Part shown: in pieces, positions 42,049 through 51,410 of the stretch
Position numbering within the stretch: position 1 is the stretch's first letter
How the letters are laid out: every line of letters starts with the position of its first letter
NCBI GenBank assembly: GCA_000004985.1
Contig: GG738852.1
Source of the DNA: Naegleria gruberi
Taxonomy: Eukaryota
Strand: one strand, 5' to 3'
Length of the DNA: 64,000 nucleotides
Program-made: the position numbers and the translations under genes
Notes under the pieces: model-generated
Databases searched by the model: none
Told to the model about the DNA's origin: nothing
Seen by the model: only the letters and a program-made list of their open reading frames with translations

Positions 42049-43485
42049 TTAACGAATCAGATCATAGTTCTTAATCATAATCTTTTGACAACATTCGAGA
42101 GCATACTTCTTAACTTCATCATTTGGATGTTCCATCAATTGGAGAATACGAGCCTTAGCACCCAAATCAGTGACGACACGTTTACCACGGTTGTGATAAC
42201 GAACAAATTCACCAATATCGTGACAACCAATGGCCAAATTGTCTGTGTTTGATTCATCATCCAACAATTTAATCAATTCACGAAGAATGTAAAAATTATT
42301 TTGTTCCATCTTATCCATATTTTCTTTCCAAAACTTTTCAGAGCTGTGAACTGGAGTCCATTCCAAATGTCCACTCAAAACTTCTTGTCTATAATCATCG
42401 AAGGAGCTGATTTCATCAATGTGTGCATCAAGATTTTCAGAGAGACTCTTGAGTTCCTCAGTAATATCCTTATCTTCGAATGAACGCTTTTGTAAATTCA
42501 ACAAAGTCTTTGGAACGCTAACGTTAACCATAGCAGTAACAAACTTTGGATACTTCATCAAGTTCTTGAAAATAAACAAAATAACTCTAATAACCTTTTC
42601 CTTTTGAGCACACTTTAAAACATCGTGTAACTTTGGAACCAAAGATTCATTTTGGAAAAAGCTGACAGCATTTTCGTGGAAAGTAAGCATCCATAAACAA
42701 GCAGAAACTTCATACAAAATTTGGACATTATTACGATGGACACGAAGTAAATTAACCAATGGTGCAATACCCTTGACCTTGTTCAAAACAGCACGACAAT
42801 CATTACGCTTCAAAAGTCTCATTAAGGCTTTAACACACATTCTTGACTTTCTGACATCATCTCCAGAACTCTTAAGTTGGTTAGAAATTCCTTCAATAAA
42901 GCTTTCAAGTTGTGATTGATATCTATATTGGGTTGATCTTGTACGATTATTTCTTTCGAGTTGTTGTAATTGTCTATACATTTCTTGGTCCTCTGGTGCA
43001 TTCCACAAACTAGTTCTACTTTCATTATCGACATCCAATTCGAACAATCTGCTCAAGCAATTAAAAGCCTTTTCCATGATGAAAATATCGTTTTTGATGA
43101 ACAATGAGAGGAATGGAGTGAAAGGATTATTTTGATTACTATTGTCATTTTGATCGACATCGTGGAATTGTTGGCACAATTCTGGGCAATTTTCAAAGAG
43201 CAAGTCAATCAAATACAAAATGTTAATCAAAGCTTCGTTTTTGTGGACACCGTTAAGGAGTTTGATGAAAAGATAGATGTATTCAATGGTACCAGTTTGT
43301 TTAACAATATCAATTATTTGTTTAACATCCCTTTTTTGAGCACTGATAGCTTCTATACGTTGTCTTTCTAAAGGCGTCAAGATACCAGCTTCTTGGTATG
43401 ATTCCCAGTTAACTTCTGGCAAGTCATCAGCGGAAAACTCTTCAGCTTGGGAAGCCAAAGTATCAGTACTCATCATACGGTTCAT
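42049..43485 (-). CDS. ATP6V1H: V-type H+-ATPase subunit H (Vma13 / ATP6V1H), armadillo-like repeat protein. Single exon.
   Basis: 478 aa. ..VNLLRVHRNNVQILYEVSACLWMLTFHENAVSFF.., ..KVIRVILFIFKNLM.. and the C-terminal ..GAKARILQLMEHPNDEVKKYALECCQKIMIKNY match V1 subunit H (..LSLLCIWLLTF.., ..KVTRIILAAFRNLL.., ..VRYNALLAVQKLM..). Confidence 0.8.
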   Translation of the reverse strand: MNRMMSTDTLASQAEEFSADDLPEVNWESYQEAGILTPLERQRIEAISAQKRDVKQIIDIVKQTGTIEYIYLFIKLLNGVHKNEALINILYLIDLLFENCPELCQQFHDVDQNDNSNQNNPFTPFLSLFIKNDIFIMEKAFNCLSRLFELDVDNESRTSLWNAPEDQEMYRQLQQLERNNRTRSTQYRYQSQLESFIEGISNQLKSSGDDVRKSRMCVKALMRLLKRNDCRAVLNKVKGIAPLVNLLRVHRNNVQILYEVSACLWMLTFHENAVSFFQNESLVPKLHDVLKCAQKEKVIRVILFIFKNLMKYPKFVTAMVNVSVPKTLLNLQKRSFEDKDITEELKSLSENLDAHIDEISSFDDYRQEVLSGHLEWTPVHSSEKFWKENMDKMEQNNFYILRELIKLLDDESNTDNLAIGCHDIGEFVRYHNRGKRVVTDLGAKARILQLMEHPNDEVKKYALECCQKIMIKNYDLIR

Positions 43486-43709
43486 TTTTTGGATTTTTTT
43501 TAAAAAAATAAATTGTAAATATTTTATTTAATTTTTTTTAACTCCGGTCTCCTTTTGGCAACCTTCCGCAAAACAGTGTGTAAGAAGATAATGTGAAAGC
43601 AAATAATATGACAAAGAAGATATTATTATTATTTATATTAACATTAGAAGAGAGAAGGCTTCTAATGAGTTGAAAATATTAGAAATTCAAACATAGTCGG
43701 GAAAACTTC

Positions 43710-46700
43710 CTACAGATCCTTTAGGTTGGCTCGGAGACGGTTTAGTTTCTCTTCTGTTTCTTTCTTTGCATCTTCTAAAAGTTTCTTCTCCTTCTCAATC
43801 TTGACATTAGTTTCTCTCAATTCTAGAACAAGTTCTGCATACTTTTTTCTCTTTTCTTCGGTTGCTTTAAGGCGAGTAACAAGCTCCTGATTAACAGTCT
43901 CTGTCACAACAAGTTTCTTCTTAATTATTTTTACAACATTCTCTACCTCATTCTCAGCTTTGGATAATTGAATAGTAAGTTCCTTATTGTGTTGCTTTTC
44001 ACTTTCTAAATTTTTGAGGGAGTGACTCAATTGTTCTTTCAATTCATAATAATCATTTTGCAGTTCCGAATACTTGTCCTTGAATGCATCCAGTTCATTG
44101 ATACGTTCATTCAACTCGTCTCTGCAGAGTTGCCTCTTTTTCTTTTCCTTATTAGCAATTTCAACATACTCCTCCAGTTTACTCTCCAATTTTTCCACTT
44201 CATAATCTCTTCTTTCTTCCTCCTTGAAGAAACCTTCCTTTTCTCTAATTTCTCTTTCCAATTCTTTTTCAAGGAATGCAACTCTATCTTTTAGTTTACC
44301 ATTCTCTTCTTTTTGCTTCTTTATAGTTTCATTATTGTCATTTAGCATGGTATTTTTCACGAGAAGAGATGCCTCCTGATCTTTCTTAAAGTCTTCACGA
44401 ATAGATTGAATCTTCTTTTCGTGTTCCTGTCTGAGGGAGCTTTCCTTTTCATTCATTTCCCTCTTCAATGAATCCATTTCTGTTACTAGCTTGTTGAAAT
44501 CATTTTGCAAGGTTTCGAGTTTCAAAATTGTCTCTCCTTTAACTTTGCTTGTCTCTTCAAGTTGAAATTTCAAATTTTCTGATTTTGTTTTGTATTCAAG
44601 GGCTATTGAGGAGACTCGGTCAATTTCTTTGAGATAGCCTTTTTCTTTTAATGAGGCTTCATTCTTCTTCTCCTCATATTGTTTCAAAATCTTCGAGACA
44701 GCCTCTTGTTTTGATTTTAACAAGTCAGAGAGTTTCTCTTTTTGAATTTGGATTAGCTTTTTCAAATCTTCCGTTTGCAATTCCAAACTATTGGAATTTT
44801 TTACATAGTCCGAAAGTGTATTCTTTAAATCGCTTGTCTCTTGAATAAACTCTTTGAGTTTTTGCTCCATTTCATCACACTCAAGATGGTGATTCTTTTT
44901 GATTTGTGAAATTTCATTGCTATGTGAGATGGAGAGTGCTCTAACTTGTGACTCGTGTGTTTCTATCAATTGTTTCTTATCGAAATCTGATTTTTCTATT
45001 ATTTCTATAATTTTCCTCTCGTATTCTCGTTTCATTTGCTCAACCCTTCCCTTTATGTGCTCATTGGAGTTGGAATGCTCTTCCTTTGTTTGCTTGATAA
45101 TATCATGTGCTTCAATATTACTCTTAGAGAGGTTGTCAATTTTCTTTTTTAAAGCCAAAATGATTGCATCATATTCTTTCTTCATAGAGAGCATTTCCTT
45201 GTCTTTGGTTTCTTGAAGAGAATAGGCATCTTTCTTTGTTCGTTCCACTTCTTTTTGAAGTTGAGAATCATGTTCCTTGAGAAGGTTATTTTCTTGTGAG
45301 ATTTGATTCATTTGTTTGTGATTTTCTAATAGTTTTTTCTTAATTTTGGTATTTTGATTCTTAAGCTCCACCATTTCCTCTTCAAGTTTTCTCCTTTTTG
45401 TACTCTCTGTAGCCAGCTCTTGTTCTCTATTTTGAATGTAAACATTTGAAGATCCAATCTCTACACATAACTCTTCAATGTTTTTCCTCAGTTGGGCTAT
45501 TGTTTCCTTGTCAGAGTTAGAGGAGTCTGAACTGGTGGCAGAAATTTCGCATTCTTCCTCTTCCTCTGTTTGTATTCCTGCATCAAACAGATGGATTGAC
45601 CTGAATCTTAACATTTGATCGAATATACTTGAGGAAATATCAGTTTGAGTGTTTTCATCTCTGATGTGCACCTTTACAATGTTTGGACTTGGTGGTGAGG
45701 AGTTGATTTCTTTTTTCTTTAAACCTACAAACTGGGATATCGTCTCAATACTATCACCATTTGAAACTCCCATATCTGGATACGATATAAAGTCATTGTC
45801 ATCGTCGTGTTCTTCGTGAGGGGATGGTGATGTTTCAATGTCTTCCTCTGCAAATGTTGCTGTAGGAATTTCCACCTTCATTTCCTTTTTAATAATATCC
45901 TGTTTTTTAGGGGTATTTACTCCAGTATTACTATTAGTATTAGTGTGACTAGGAATTTCTGGTTCTTCATCCAAATATTTCAAATACTTTCCAATGTACG
46001 GTGTTGTTAATGTATCCATATCAATTTCATAATCGTCACTATTTTTGATATAGTTCAGAATGATTTGTCTATTGTTTGGCCTACTCTGGTCCTTGACAAT
46101 ACTAATTTTGAATCCGTCAAGAATTTCAAGATTGGTGCTCCGTTCTCTGAGAGCCAATTTTCCTAGAATGATGGGCCTATATCTTTCATTTTTACAAACA
46201 GGATTTCCCAGAGACCCATCCAATCCATTTTGAAAATGTATTTCTCTTATTGAATTTAATCCAAATAAATATGTAAGCTCGTTTAAATTTTCTATATTAT
46301 TTCCTCGTACATCCAAGTGTCTGAGATTGTAATTTGGTCCATGAAGAAAATGAAGACCTTGAATAGATGTTATATTATTATAAGCCAATATTAGTTTTCG
46401 TAATTGTTTCAAATCCCCCAACCCTTCAATTTTGGATATCTTGTTGGAGGCCAAGTTCAGAACTCTCAAATTAGATAGTGATCCCAGTCCTTCTATTTTT
46501 TCAATGTTGTTAGATGATAAATTCAACTCGAGTATATTTACAAAATCTGACAGACTTTCCATTTTGGTGATAACGTTTTGGTGGAGGTTCAAAAGTTTAA
46601 CAGCACTGAAAGCTTTTTGCAATGTCTCCTGAGCTACTTGAACAGTTCCATAACTTTTGGAAATAATTAAGGATTTGATTTGAGGAATTGAAGAGATGGA

Positions 46701-47309
46701 GGTATTACAAAATTCAAATATTGATCCATTATCGGAAGTGTGTACATGATGTGATGTAGGGTCATAACTTGTCCCAACACCCAAATCTAATTGAAGGAGA
46801 GATGAAGACGATGGTTGTTCCATTGTGGTATTATTATGAATTATGTTGTTATTTGGTTTTGGTTGTTGTGAAGGTACTCTTGTTGGAGTAGATGATGAGG
46901 TAGTTGGTTGGTTATTATTTGGTCGGGATGAAGGAGGTGTTTGATTTCTTGGTTTTCTATTTTGTGGCTTTTTAATTCTTGGATGATTAGTAAAGTAGGG
47001 ATGAGAAGATAGTCCATCTTTGTGTTCCTCTTCATCACTGCTACTTGATGAGTGAGTGTTATCGTTATTCGGTATTGGTTGGTGATTAGTAGATGTTGGA
47101 ATGTTTCGGGTTGTTGGTTGATTATTAGTTGTATTTCTATTCGGAGATGTTCGAGCATCTCTTAGATCGGTAGGATTTCTTTTCGTTTGTTGTGAAGATG
47201 GCTGTTGTTTAGTTGTGGTATCATTAGTTGTATGTTGTTGTTCAGCCTGTTGCAAACTTCTAATGTGTGCAAAGACATTCCTTGCTTCCTCATCTTCCAA
47301 GTCAGACAT
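43710..47309 (-). CDS. Centrosomal-type protein with N-terminal SDS22-like leucine-rich repeats followed by ~700 aa of continuous coiled coil (LRRCC1/centriolin-like architecture). Ser/Thr/Asn-rich N-terminus. Single exon.
   Basis: 1199 aa. The LRRs are LLNLHQNVITKMESLSDFVNILELNLSSNNIEKIEGLGSLSNLRVLNLASNKISKIEGLGDLKQLRKLILAYNNITSIQGL.. The rest has heptad-rich E/K/L/Q sequence to the C-terminus. Confidence 0.65.
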   Translation of the reverse strand: MSDLEDEEARNVFAHIRSLQQAEQQHTTNDTTTKQQPSSQQTKRNPTDLRDARTSPNRNTTNNQPTTRNIPTSTNHQPIPNNDNTHSSSSSDEEEHKDGLSSHPYFTNHPRIKKPQNRKPRNQTPPSSRPNNNQPTTSSSTPTRVPSQQPKPNNNIIHNNTTMEQPSSSSLLQLDLGVGTSYDPTSHHVHTSDNGSIFEFCNTSISSIPQIKSLIISKSYGTVQVAQETLQKAFSAVKLLNLHQNVITKMESLSDFVNILELNLSSNNIEKIEGLGSLSNLRVLNLASNKISKIEGLGDLKQLRKLILAYNNITSIQGLHFLHGPNYNLRHLDVRGNNIENLNELTYLFGLNSIREIHFQNGLDGSLGNPVCKNERYRPIILGKLALRERSTNLEILDGFKISIVKDQSRPNNRQIILNYIKNSDDYEIDMDTLTTPYIGKYLKYLDEEPEIPSHTNTNSNTGVNTPKKQDIIKKEMKVEIPTATFAEEDIETSPSPHEEHDDDNDFISYPDMGVSNGDSIETISQFVGLKKKEINSSPPSPNIVKVHIRDENTQTDISSSIFDQMLRFRSIHLFDAGIQTEEEEECEISATSSDSSNSDKETIAQLRKNIEELCVEIGSSNVYIQNREQELATESTKRRKLEEEMVELKNQNTKIKKKLLENHKQMNQISQENNLLKEHDSQLQKEVERTKKDAYSLQETKDKEMLSMKKEYDAIILALKKKIDNLSKSNIEAHDIIKQTKEEHSNSNEHIKGRVEQMKREYERKIIEIIEKSDFDKKQLIETHESQVRALSISHSNEISQIKKNHHLECDEMEQKLKEFIQETSDLKNTLSDYVKNSNSLELQTEDLKKLIQIQKEKLSDLLKSKQEAVSKILKQYEEKKNEASLKEKGYLKEIDRVSSIALEYKTKSENLKFQLEETSKVKGETILKLETLQNDFNKLVTEMDSLKREMNEKESSLRQEHEKKIQSIREDFKKDQEASLLVKNTMLNDNNETIKKQKEENGKLKDRVAFLEKELEREIREKEGFFKEEERRDYEVEKLESKLEEYVEIANKEKKKRQLCRDELNERINELDAFKDKYSELQNDYYELKEQLSHSLKNLESEKQHNKELTIQLSKAENEVENVVKIIKKKLVVTETVNQELVTRLKATEEKRKKYAELVLELRETNVKIEKEKKLLEDAKKETEEKLNRLRANLKDL

Positions 47310-47368
47310 TTATTTGCATTTTTTGTGGTTTCTTCCCGCCTACAACAGTTAAATTTTGTATTCCAGAC

Positions 47369-48468
47369 CTACTTTATTAAGAACCAACAACTTTTTGAAT
47401 CCCTCTCTTCGAATTGTTCTTGACTATTTTCATTTGGGGTTGGTTGGATCATTGAGTTGGGCAGATTGACTTTAATAAATGATCGAATTTCATTTAGTGA
47501 ATTGGTCTTATCTTGTTCACTCAACTCATAATCACTCAATTCAATAATGAATAGTTTTGATAGAAGGAGATCTATTGATTGACTCCCTTCCTTCTTGGAC
47601 TGTTTTAAATTCTTTCTGAAATTGGAAGGCACTTTTAATTTGAAATTAAAATTTGGCTTTGAAACTAAATTTAATTGGGGTGCTTCTTCAAAGTCGTCAT
47701 CCTCTTCCTCTCCTTCATGAATTGAAATGTCTTCCATGTTATTATTTTCGGATGTAATTTCTGAAAATCTATTCGAAAGTCTTGCCATTAAGAATATTGA
47801 TAAATTAGGTTCTAACATTATTTAAAATAATCATCTTGATGAATACCTACTACAATCAGTCATGAAACAATCAAAACCTCCACTTATAATGCTCCTTATT
47901 ACTTTTTTTGAGAGGTTCGTCATGAGATTATGTTTTTGAGAATTATTAAAATTTAAATGCCAACTCTTTGAATTATTAAACTTGATAATGTACACTTCCT
48001 TTGGGTTTGAGATTGAATTTCCAAGTAATATTGAAAACATATTATTCTCCACACTTTGACATAAAACTTCAATAATATTATCAATCATTCTTGTCACAGT
48101 TTCATATAATTTCACAAGGCTTTTTTGCTTTGACGAAATTTTCTTCCTTTTCGTTTTAGCCTCATCTTTAATCTTGTTAATTTGTAATTCCAATGACGGA
48201 AATAAACTTTCAAATTATTCATTCCGAGACTAGTTGAATTTACCTACCAAGGTATTTGCTGCCTCATAAACAATATATGATGTAAAATATGCTCACACAA
48301 AAACGAGCAACACTCTCCATCCAATGGAATATTAGAAGTAACATTTAAATAATTATATTTCATTTCTATTTGAATTTTAGACAATATTCCTTCATCGGAA
48401 TTGATTTGATCTTCATCCTGTGGAACTGGGATATGAATAAGAGTTTCATCCATTAGCATTTTTTTCAA
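47369..48468 (-). CDS. HORMA-like protein (MAD2/REV7 family?), three exons: 48248..48468, 47851..48206 and 47369..47811. Introns are 41 and 39 nt (both GTAGGT).
   Basis: The three track ORFs join in frame at GTAGGT donors (..MRQQIP|CLFPSLELQINK.. and ..GGFDC|KPNLSIFLMARLS..). The N-terminal ..DGECCSFLCEHILHHILFMRQQIP.. resembles the first HORMA helix of REV7 ([25 protein letters not shown]). The family assignment is tentative. Confidence 0.45.
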
Positions 48469-48744
48469 TCATAATTCAGTCAAATTAACAACAATATCTT
48501 TAAATTCAAGTACAAGAAAACGATAAGAAATATTGAGGATATTCCAATAGCTAATGAGCAAACAAATTTAGATTTGAGAAATATTTTCTAGCAATTTAAA
48601 AAAGAGAAAACCAAGAGGACAATTATGATTTGTGGAATAAGTGGAGGAGGACATTACAATTGACAGGAAGAAACCATCTCCTTAGTAAAGTTGGAAAGAT
48701 TTTTTAATTTCCTGTACCCTCTTGGAATCCTGTTGAAGTGTTAG

Positions 48745-49987
48745 ATGCTTCTGGGTGAAAAGAAAAAAATGTCATTCAATCCAACCTTTAGAAATTGCAT
48801 CTTTATTGCATCGAGTGATGAAGAGTTGGCAAAGACCAGAAGAAAACACGACCGTTTGAATGACGCCAGATTTTTTGAGGAATTGAATCAAACTCTGTTT
48901 GTTGCCTTTGATTGGAAATCTTCATTTACCCTGATGATGGAGCAGTATAATCAAAACCCGATAGAGTATTTCGAACAACAGGCATTAGCTAATATTGTCA
49001 ATGAATCCACACAAAACGTAGCGTTGGATGTGAAAAATTGTAAATTTTATTGTGTGATTAGAACTCCTTGGAATTATGTGAAACATTATGGAGATTTCAT
49101 CAAGTGGTTACAAATTATGAATCAATTAGGAAAGGAGGAAAAATTAATGACTTTTAATCATCCAGAATTATTAACGTGGAATTCTACCAAGAGATATCTC
49201 TTTGAAATTCAAGACTCGTGGGAAAATTACTCAATTGTTCCATCTGAGCTCGTTGATAAGGGTATTGCCGAGTCACTTTCCAATGAAGATATTATTGAAA
49301 AATATACAGCAAAATTCAATTGTGACAAGTTGGTTTTCAAACCATTGATTTCAGCTGGTTCTTACTTTACATTTGTTGTCTCTAAACAAGATGAGCATGC
49401 AAATGATTATGCCAAAGAATCATCCTCGAAAATGGATAAGCTTAAAGAATTTTTCCAATGTGAAAGGGATCAAGAATATCTAGATAGAAACATTATGATG
49501 GTTCAACCATTTATGGAGGAAATTGTAAATGATGGAGAGTATAGTTTCCTTTTTATCAACGAGAAACCAAGCCATATGCTTTGGAAGAGACCTAAAGCTG
49601 GTGATTTTAGGTTAGTTTTAATTTGATTTAAGCTTAATATTCCCATGACAATCATATATTGAAATTTATCCAAACAGAGTACAAGGTGATTATGGAGGAT
49701 CGAATACATGCATTCCAAAAGAAAGATTCAACTCTACCATTCTCGAAAATGCACAGAAACTGTTCGACAAGGTTAAGAAGGAAAAATCTCCAAATCACTT
49801 GTTGTTATACTGTCGATTGGATGTTATCATTGATTGGCAAACAAACGAGTTAAAGATTTGTGAATTGGAATTATTAGAACCTCATCTCTATTTTGAAACC
49901 ATTAATCCAAATGATAAATCTGTCGAACTTGCCTGGGAATGTAAACTCTACGAGAGTGTAGTTGCCCTTTCTCACAATACTCTTTAA
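48745..49987 (+). CDS. ATP-grasp superfamily enzyme of unknown specificity. Exons are 48745..49610 and 49678..49987, with a 67-nt intron (GTTAGT...AAACAG).
   Basis: ..LVFKPLISAGSYFTFVV.., ..IMMVQPFMEEIVNDGEYSFLFINEKP.., then the spliced ..RPKAGDF|RVQGDYGGSNTCIPKE.. and ..LLLYCRLDVIIDWQTNELKICELELLEPHLYF. These are the ATP-grasp K-loop, the Q-x-[FY] ribose motif, the R...GG motif, and the C-terminal D...ElN/E metal-binding blocks. Confidence 0.6.
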
Positions 49988-50213
49988 AATAATTATCAAT
50001 TGGGATTAAATCTAATAAAAATCATCTAGATAACATAAGATATTTTCATCAACCATTCCTTTGCACTAACAACTCAACTCAAAATTGGTAAATTCGCCAC
50101 CACTTGAATCCCTTCCAATCAATATTGTGTTTCCATTACTCATAAATTCATTGAACAAAAGGCAATCAATTTTAAGATTTTAAAAAAATATTTGAAAACA
50201 AAAATACAACAAA

Positions 50214-51065
50214 ATGTTCGCCCCAAAGAGTCGTTCCCTCCTCACCATGATTGGTTCTCGCGCCAGAGTCCACACTTTTAAGAATGTTTTTGCAGCACCA
50301 GCTTGCTCTAGAAATTTCTTTGGTTTTAATAATAACAATAATAATACAGGTTCATCATGGGAACAAAAATCACAACAAACACCACAACAAGAACAACAAG
50401 CTGAAACTAAGAAACCAGAACAAACTCAACAACAAGAACAACAACAAACTCAACAACAAACAGAAAACACCCAAAAGACTCAACAACAAACAGAAAGCAA
50501 GCCTGCTGTTGATGATGCCAGAGTGAAAGAATTGGAAAAGGAAATTGAAAATTTAAAGAATAGCAATGCCAAGTATGACGACCAACTCAAGAGGGCTGTT
50601 GCCGAAATGGCCAACGTTCGTCGTATTGCTAAGAACGATGTCGATAATGCTAAAAAGTTTGCTCTCCAATCCTTCTCTAAAAATCTCCTCGATGTTGTGG
50701 ATAATTTGGAAGCTGGTTTGAAGCACTTGATAGAAGAAGATGTTTCTCAAATTGTTAAATTGGCTCAAAATAATCCAGAATGCAGTGAAGAGATGCGAAA
50801 GAAGGCTAATGCCTTGTTCACTTCAATTGAAGGTGTCAAGAGAACTGAAAATGTCTTGTTGAAGGTCTTGGAAAGAAACGGAGTCACAAAGATGGAAGTT
50901 GCTGAAAAGACACCATTCGATCCTAATTTCCATGAAGCCATGATGAAGGTTCCACCATCCGAAAAGACACCACACAACACTGTTGCTATGGTTTTGAAGA
51001 GTGGTTGGATTCTTAATGAAAGAGTTTTGAGACCTGCCCAAGTTATCGTTGCCATTCAAGATTAA
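50214..51065 (+). CDS. Mitochondrial GrpE (Hsp70 nucleotide-exchange factor) with a Gln-rich insert after the presequence
   Basis: ..QLKRAVAEMANVRRIAKNDVDNAKKFALQSFSKNLLDVVDNLEAGL.. and ..VAMVLKSGWILNERVLRPAQVIVAIQ match GrpE (RR.A.E....FA......LL.V.D.L, ..GY...RV.R.A.V.V). Confidence 0.85.
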   Translation: MFAPKSRSLLTMIGSRARVHTFKNVFAAPACSRNFFGFNNNNNNTGSSWEQKSQQTPQQEQQAETKKPEQTQQQEQQQTQQQTENTQKTQQQTESKPAVDDARVKELEKEIENLKNSNAKYDDQLKRAVAEMANVRRIAKNDVDNAKKFALQSFSKNLLDVVDNLEAGLKHLIEEDVSQIVKLAQNNPECSEEMRKKANALFTSIEGVKRTENVLLKVLERNGVTKMEVAEKTPFDPNFHEAMMKVPPSEKTPHNTVAMVLKSGWILNERVLRPAQVIVAIQD

Positions 51066-51410
51066 ATTTCTTTTGTTATTTCAGTATTATTTTCATAATT
51101 TTTAATTCCAATTTTCTTCGCATTCCATAGTGTGGCTTAAGCCCAAAGTTTTACCATGTTATCGAAAACAATATAAAGAGAAAGCGAAAGGGTTTAGATA
51201 GATATTATTAACACCAATCCAATTGATTTAGAGCTATTGTTCAATCTTGCTGCAACAGATTTTTATATTGTAGTAATGAATCTTTCGACCTCCGGAGAGT
51301 GCATCTTCATTAAGGCAACAAGGGATAACAGAGGAATAATGGACGCCAAATGATTATTAAATTTATATTTTAAAAAATTGCAATATCTTCTGTTCTGTAA
51401 CATTCTGAAG

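Noticed and set aside
44022-45216. Several plus-strand 65-105-aa ORFs opposite the coiled-coil gene
   Set aside because: They are antisense to AAG/GAA-rich coiled-coil codons. Antisense ORFs are a known artefact in stop-codon-poor repetitive coding sequence.
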